Below, piece by piece: positions 56,803-64,000 of a stretch of DNA of 64,000 bases. The notes under the pieces were generated by a model. The model saw only the letters and a list, made by a program, of their open reading frames with translations. It was not told where the DNA came from and ran no database searches. Positions within the stretch are counted from its first letter, which is position 1. Every line of letters starts with the position of its first letter. The stretch is from contig OX597823.1 in NCBI GenBank assembly GCA_951406725.2, positions 73,408,001 to 73,472,000 of the forward strand. Reading direction: 5' to 3'. Both the position numbers and the translations under genes were made by a program. Source of the stretch: Octopus vulgaris (Eukaryota).

Positions 56803-57358
56803 GCATATTATTTAATAACAATTTGACTCAAATTTATGCAACTTCAAGTTTGGTATGCTCGCACAACGAACCTACCACATCAGGCATGTAGAGGTATATA
56901 GATCTCTATCTTAAGTTGACTGACAACTGAGGTTCCTTCTACGAACTTACAAAACTAAGGTGCATGAATCTGAGTCAAAATGTTGTTAAATAAGATATGT
57001 AGATCCTACCAAATATATTAAGTGCCAGTTTCATCTACTTGTCTACCCGTCCATATATAGTATATACATACACACACTTATATTAAATATATATGTATAA
57101 TTTCACGCGGAGTAGGTGAAACAGAGACAACTGAAGAAGGGAAATATTCTTTATGTTGCATGTCTCGTTTCTCTGTTTTATTTCGTTGTTTCAAAAAAAG
57201 TTCGTTTTCTATGTTTTTGTTTTTATGCTTTCGTTTCTCATTGTGTTCAACGTTTTTTTATGTCCTGTAGCCATATATGCATGGATATACATACATATAT
57301 GTACGTATGTACATATATGCATGTATATATGCATATATTTATACATTATTTATATTGT

Positions 57359-57400
<42 letters not shown>

Positions 57401-57405
<5 letters not shown>

Positions 57406-57613
57406 TAATCCAAACAAGAAAACACAGAAAAAAACACAGCAACGCGAGGACGTGGAACAATTAAAGTATTATTTGACGCTCAGGAAAGAAGGGAAGGAGG
57501 GTTTAACGTTTCGAGCGGAGCTCTTCGTCGGAAACAAAGGAGAAGGAAAGATCCCGAGAAGGGAAGACAGAGGAAAAAAAATTTTTTGCTGGTGGGGCTC
57601 AAGAGATCACATG

Positions 57614-57617
<4 letters not shown>
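57401..57617 (-). mobile_element. (TA)n-embedded hammerhead-carrying repeat, sister subfamily (copy 3)
   Basis: GTTT-CCGACGA-A-GAGC-TCC-GCTC-GAAAC-GTT-AAAC at 57501-57535. Confidence 0.7.
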
Positions 57618-57667
<50 letters not shown>

Positions 57668-58225
57668 TATAATATTATAAGCATGATTATAATTATAATT
57701 ATAAGCATGCTTATAACTACAGAATTATAGAATTTTTGTATAAGGTTACCGATAAAGTCTCTTTTAACATACCGAACTACTTTGTAAAGTTATTAATTAT
57801 CAGTTAATTAATTAATTAATTTTAGCCTTTATTATTATTGAATATATATATGTGTGGGTGGGTGTGTGTGTGTGTATGTATGTATGTACATATGTGTTAA
57901 AGTGTGTGAGTGTGCATGTGCGTGTTGATGTATACAAACGCATTTATGTATGGTCTTTTAAGTGATAATTCTTATTGTTCTTGAATATATAACTTCAAGT
58001 ATTATTTAGCTGAGTATAAACTCTATGTATAAATCCTCACCTGGCAAACGAAATCTTGCAATCCGCTGATGATATCTAACTGAAACATTTCTCATTGTTT
58101 ACAAGAATTAATGCTCTTAAGAATTACAAACAGACGTCATAATTACATTTTCTGCCACCCACCGAATCACCGTATAAACTTACAGCTCTGTATCTTCTTC
58201 GTTAGAAAAACACCCATGACAACTA

Positions 58226-59834
58226 CAGTTGCGGCCAAAATGTTCAGAACGAAATAGTTTTCGCCAGAAAAGTAGATATAAGTTTTTATCTAAGTTGTTT
58301 TATGATCTATAATTTTCACAGACAATAAATACAATATTAATTGTTTATTGTCTGAGATTTTGGTGTAATTTGAGAGGATAATACAAAAGTTATGGGTGAT
58401 TTAGTGATGATTTACTGCAAAACCCATTGGGCCAAAATGATTAGAACGGTTGAAAAAATAACAAAATAATCAAAAATGACAGAGAATACTGGAATTATTT
58501 AATATTTAGTCTGAAGCCATTTAGCTTCAATCACACTTTGACATCTTCGACTGCATGAGGAAATTACATTTTCAATTTCTTGCTTGGTGATCTTATTCCA
58601 TTCTTCCTGAAGGGCATTCCATAATTTCTCAGTTGTTTTAGGATTTCTGGCTTTCGAACGTTCTCCTAGAATATTCCACACATTAACAATAGGATTGAGA
58701 TCTGGGCTTTGAGCAGGCCAATCCATAATAATAACCTTTTCAGCCTTGAGGAAGTTCATGACCACCTTAGCCTTGTGACATGGGGCATTGTCCTGCATGA
58801 ATATGGGTAGTCGCTTAGTTGAATTTCTCAGCACAGGCAAGACATGATCTTTTACAAGTTGTTTATAAACTCCTGCATTTAATTTCCGTGTAATCGCACC
58901 AAAGAGCCCACACCATCTCCAGATATCATCCCCCAAACCATGACACTTCCTCCACCGAATTTAACACTAGTCTTAAGGCATTTAGGCAACAATTTTTCAC
59001 CTACTTTTCAACGAGCCAAATAACATAAACTTAGATTCATCACTGAAATGCAACGTTTGCCAGTTTTCTTGAGACCACAAAACATGTTCGGTTGCAAAGG
59101 TAAGACGACACTTTTTATTTTTGGAGCTGATCAGTGGCTTCACTGCAGGTGATCTTGCTTGTAGATTATGTTCAACTAAACGATGAGACACAGTTTTTCG
59201 ATAACGTTTTCTTCAGTACAATGCTCATTTCCCGAGAAACAGCAGCAGCAGTTTTAAATCTGTCCTTTTTAACCAACTTTACCATAGCAGGATCTTCCCT
59301 CTTGGTCGTTTTTCTTGGCCTACCTGTAGACTTTCTTGCTTCACACGAACCACCATCATCGAAGACCTTAAGAATACCGTGAACAACACTTTTTGACTTG
59401 TTAACAATCTTTGCAATGGACCCAATACTTAAGTTATCCTTCTTTCAAAGCTTAATAATCTGTTAACGAATTGGTAACGGAGTAAGTGGCATTATATTAA
59501 CAAAGTACACTGCAGATATTCTTACTAATGTTTAGTAAACGAACTAAGACGTAAACAAATTCAAAACATTAGAGTTCGCCGGTTAAATATACTAAAACAC
59601 GGTGTAAAAGCAACCGTTCTGATCATTTTGGCCGCCATGGGTTTTGCAGTAAATCACTGAATCATCCATAACTTTTGTATTATCCTCTCGAATTACACCA
59701 AAATCTCAGACAATAACACTTAATATTGTATTTATTGTCTGTGAAAATTATAGAATATAAAACGACTTAGATAAAAACTTATACCTAATTTTCTGGTGAA
59801 AGCAATGCCGTTCTGAACATTTTGGTCGCAACTG
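58226..59834 (-). mobile_element. Near full-length Tc1 transposon (IR/DR type) with TA TSD
   Basis: TA-CAGTTGCGGCCAAAATGTTCAGAACG ... CGTTCTGAACATTTTGGTCGCAACTG-TA; TIRs of about 225 bp with an inner DR. Confidence 0.95.
58499..59492 (-). pseudogene. Tc1 DD34E transposase pseudogene
   Basis: GRPRKTT, LHFSDESKF, MQDNAPCH, WPAQSPDLNPIVNVW (catalytic E replaced by V), with stops and frameshifts. Confidence 0.92.
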
Positions 59835-60507
59835 TATTTCATAGGGAAGCGTAATTGTCATCATTTGCGTCATTGGCCAAATATATCTAATTTCGGGTAG
59901 TTTTAATTTTCTTATTTTCGTTTTCTTTTTAATCGCTTGTGCGTATGTCAGCGTTCGCGCGGGTATGCTTGCAAGTGTCTGTGTATATGTGTTTGCGTAT
60001 TTGTGTGTAATCTTTTCTTTTGTCTGAACAGGTGAAAGAGAATAGTAAGAGCGAGATACTTTTACATGTCTTATATATAAATGCGTGTATGGTGTGCGCG
60101 CAAAGACACACACAGACACAGATACGCACCCACTCATATGTATGAATATGTGAGCGTATAGATAAATGTGCGTATACTGTGTATCTATTTATTCGAGAGT
60201 ATGCAAGTATGTATGTGAGAGAGAGAAAATGTGCGTTTATCTGTGCCAGTTATATGTATAAAAAGATATAGCTGCATCCATTTATAATACACGTACACAC
60301 ACAGAATAAATTTCAGAGAAAACACCTCAGGGGAAACGTTCTCCATACAAAATAAAAATACGGTAACAACTCTCTTACAGAGGATAGTAATATGTAAAAC
60401 CTTCGATTTACTGAAATCATCCAAGAAAATAATAGAGTATAGTATTCTCTCTGGAATGTTTAAAGCCTAAAATCAACAAGCAGGGTAGATAACTTCCCCA
60501 AATAAAT

Positions 60508-60797
60508 GTAGACATGACGTGATACGCACGGACCCGAGTTTCTGGGTATTTACCCGTCGTCAGCACATTTAAGTGGTAAATATACTTCACATTGTCGTGC
60601 ACCTACTGTTTATACCCACTTCAAAGATATATTATTGCTTGTTTACACTTTTTCGAAATCAGTGACTTTTCGTCACTGGAAAAAGGATATATGTGTTTGC
60701 ATTGGGACCCCTTCGCATCGAAGACCGTTGACTGTCGCGCGCTGACGACGGGTAAATACCCAGAAACTCGGGTCCGTGCGTACCACGTTAGGTCCAC
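60508..60797. mobile_element. MITE-like element with 50-60 bp TIRs
   Basis: TACGCACGGACCCGAGTTTCTGGGTATTTACCCGTCGTCAGC and its exact reverse complement near 60741-60782. Confidence 0.8.
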
Positions 60798-60945
60798 GGT
60801 AGGAAGGATGGCTTCCATTTGCAAATACTGACAGGACACAGAAAGTGTGTCAATAGCCAGCTGGAGAAGATGTTCTGCTGAGGCTACAAGATACAATAGC
60901 ATCCACCCTTAGTGGTTATCCATATTTAAGCGGCAAATATACTAT

Positions 60946-60976
<31 letters not shown>

Positions 60977-61110
60977 CATGTCTCTTCTGTAGAAGAGCGT
61001 AGGCTCGAAACGTAAAGTACTCTTACTATTCCTGAGCGTTATACTAATACATCTGTTTGTTTTGTACACAACCTGTCTTCGTCTTTTGTTTTTTTCGTAA
61101 ACTCTCCCTA
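60977..61110 (+). mobile_element. (TA)n-embedded hammerhead-carrying repeat (copy 4)
   Basis: CTT-CTGTAGA-A-GAGC-GTAG-GCTC-GAAAC-GTA-AAG at 60984-61017. Confidence 0.75.
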
Positions 61111-61186
61111 TATATATACATACATACATATATATCGTGTATGTATGTATATATTTATTTATATATGTACTCATACATATATATCA

Positions 61187-62350
61187 TGTGCCTCGGCATA
61201 GCTGGGAAACTTGGAGTGTGGTTACATGACTTCCTGAAAGATAGGAGTCAAGCAGTAGTGGTTAATGGAGCCACCTCTATGAACACACAAATAGTGAGCG
61301 GTGTTCCACAGCGCACTGCTTTCTATAGTGGCCCTCTCTGATATGCTCTCAAATGCCCGGATAGCCACTCTGGCAAGCTATGCAGGCGATAAGAAAGTCT
61401 CGCAGAAAATACAGAACCTCAGCGATGTTGCACACCTGCAGTAGGAGTTGGACTCAATCTACAGATGGGCTGAGGATAATAATATGCAGTTTAATGCTGA
61501 AAAATGCCAGGCTCTGCGCTACCAGCATCCAAAACTGAATATTAAACTTAAAGGGTACACCGGTCCATAGGGAATTTCAATCCCAGAGCCTAAGTCTGTG
61601 AGGGACCTGGGTATCGACATGAGTGATGATACCTCTTTCCAAGTGCACATTACCAGGATGGCGACAAAGTGCAGACGACTGGCTGGATGGATCCTAAGAA
61701 CATTCAAAACCAGAGAAAAGGAAACCATGATGGTCCTCTGGCGGATTTTCGTCCTCGGTCGCCTGGATTACTGCTCACAGGTATGGTCACCCACCAGTGT
61801 GAAATTAACAGCGGACCTTGAAGCAATCCAGAGAAGATTCACTAAGAAGATCGTCTCTTTGCAACAGCTCAGCTACTGGGAAAGGTTGAAACAGCTAAGA
61901 CTCTACTCCCTGGAGAGAAGACGGGAGAGGTATGCAGTAATATATATTGGGAAGATCCTGGAAGGAATTGTGCCAAATTTTGGCATTGTAAGCTACACCA
62001 ATGCTAGAACGGGACGACACTGCATAGTGCCAAAGATCCCAGCAATGCCATCACGCTTCAGGACTAGCTACTGCAACAGCCTGGGTTTCAAGGGCCCACA
62101 GCTTTTTAATATTCTCCCAAAGTGTCTGAGGAACTTGCACAAAGTAGATGTAGCGGTTTTTAAATCAAAGCTGGACCTCTTCCTGTCAAGAGTCCCAGAA
62201 GAACCCTACCTCACGGCAAGAGGTGCAAATGAGGGTAGCTATATCAAAGTCCATTCTTCACCAAGTGCCACATATTAGAGGAGGCTCATAGTAATAACAG
62301 TGTAGCACAAAACGGCGGTGCATAAGCATGGACGCAGCTCTGAGCTGAAA

Positions 62351-62352
<2 letters not shown>
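61187..62352 (+). mobile_element. CR1/L2-group LINE 3' portion (RT C-terminal half and 3' tail)
   Basis: SGVPQ, YAGD (decayed YADD), WAEDNNMQFN, RDLGI, LDYCSQVWSP, SYWERLKQLRLYSLERRRER; ends in (TA)n. Confidence 0.9.
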
Positions 62353-62398
<46 letters not shown>

Positions 62399-62400
62399 AA

Positions 62401-62430
<30 letters not shown>

Positions 62431-62434
<4 letters not shown>

Positions 62435-62829
62435 TTTGTAGCCCACGTGGTAATTTTGGAGAGAGATATGAATTCGCATGTCTGTATAAGTGTAGGAATG
62501 CTAGCAGTTTCGTTAGATCGTTCGATGTCGCTAGTCGAGCTGGTGTAACGGGTGAGTTTTTCTCCTAGCATTTCTAGATTTATAGGAAATATTATATTGA
62601 CAGGGAAATGAGTCTTCGGTTCTAATCCAGAAACGATTCGTCTATAATTAATCCATAGGCTGGGATTTCGTTATTTTCTTCCTTTTTTGCCATATACAGG
62701 TTACAAATTCTGTTGGTTTGTGGAGACTTTTTATTAGTAGAACAAATAGTGTTCAATTTGGCTGCTATTTCTAATATTTTCGGTATGTAGTTTTGAGCAA
62801 CTTGTTGCAATTAACCCTTAATTATAATT

Positions 62830-62830
<1 letters not shown>
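62431..62830 (-). mobile_element. Decayed Penelope-like 3' end between (TA)n tracts
   Basis: NRICNLYMAKK (compare the CNLCxxEK PLE C-terminus), followed by a remnant hammerhead AATGC-TAGGA...CGAAAC-TG-CTA-GCATT. Confidence 0.45.
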
Positions 62831-62884
<54 letters not shown>

Positions 62885-62899
62885 GTCTATATATATATG

Positions 62900-62948
<49 letters not shown>

Positions 62949-63068
62949 AAAAAAAAATTATTATATTCTTTTATTCTTTTGTTTCAGCCATATTTGACTG
63001 CGGCCATGCTGTATGCATATATGTGTGTGTGTGTGTGTGTAAATATATATATATATATATATATATAT

Positions 63069-63247
63069 AGTCAAAATTTACAAAGAAACAAAAGACGAAG
63101 ACGGGTGTGTAAACAATAAACAAATGTATTAGTTTAACACTCAGGAGTGAGAAAGTCTTTTACGTTTCGAGTCTACGCTCTTCGACAGAAAGGAACACAG
63201 AAATAGACAGGGAGAGACAATAGAAAAAGGTTTAGTGGCTAGCGATG
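63069..63247 (-). mobile_element. (TA)n-anchored hammerhead-carrying repeat (copy 5)
   Basis: CTTT-CTGTCGA-A-GAGC-GTAG-ACTC-GAAAC-GTA-AAAG at 63157-63192. Confidence 0.75.
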
Positions 63248-63310
63248 TATTTATATATATATTTTTATTTATACACACCCACACACATATATATGCATAT
63301 ATATATATAT

Positions 63311-63350
<40 letters not shown>

Positions 63351-64000
63351 ATATATACCGTATACATACTTGATACATCTGTGCTTATTTTTGTATATGA
63401 CGTTTATGTGTGTAACGTATATAATGTTCATATGCGAACGTACATTGGTTTAAAGATTCTAAAGAAATGAAGATGCAGTGAAAGAAAAGCCTAATATTGA
63501 CGCTGAAATATAATTATAAATAGATTAAAATACAACTTGGTAAATTTTGCTTCCTATCACAGTTTCATCAACATCTCAATCTGTGAACAGTTTTAAGTCT
63601 TCCGCTGCCAATTTTATTCTGTATTTTTTTTTTTTTTTTACTTATTCACTTCCTCTATATGTAACTTTTACTCCTTTCTCTCACCTATTCTTTTTACTCT
63701 CTGTTTTCTCTCATTTATCCGTTCTTTCTCTCTTCACTCGCTTTCAAAATCACCTTCTTTCTCTGTCACATTATATGTGTTCCACGCTTTATTCTGGAGT
63801 CACTTTTCAAAACAAGACTAATACCATTAGTTAAATTCTTATCTTTAGAAACCGAATTACCACAGAAAACAAACAGACAAAATGTAAAAGCAAATCCAAT
63901 AAACCTCATCGCAATTTTGTGCTTGCTAACATTTAAAAACGAAATTGTGTTACTCTTTGATATGCATAAACACACATTCCTCTTCACTCTTTCTTTTTCT

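Noticed and set aside
57128-57160. CAA-CTGAAGA-AGGGAA-ATA-TTCTT motif near (TA)n
   Set aside because: No GAAA core strand

Overview
AT-rich, repeat-saturated animal genomic DNA. The SINE families and dense (TA)n/(GATA)n/(CA)n/(AAT)n tracts suggest an octopus, but this is inferred from repeat content only. No intact host protein-coding gene is recognisable, and almost all listed ORFs are microsatellite read-through. The window holds stacked R4/Dong-like RLE LINE fragments (1.9-8.8 kb), RTE-like and CR1/L2-like LINE fragments, three SINE families, and Tc1/mariner fossils including a near-complete IR/DR Tc1 at 58226-59834. It also has a Gypsy gag remnant, MITE-like inverted repeats and decayed Penelope-like (PLE) GIY-YIG remnants. 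Four signals stand out. (1) About 10 minimal hammerhead-ribozyme motifs lie in short repeats that mostly abut (TA)n tracts; five belong to one family, and four of those share a non-canonical CUGUNGA core. (2) A 5'-truncated pre-tRNA-Asp is fused to a LINE 3' tail, like a nascent SINE chimera. (3) There is a 163-bp near-perfect fold-back. (4) An unidentified decayed spliced gene lies at 49.5-50.1 kb. All calls were made by eye, and repeat boundaries are approximate.
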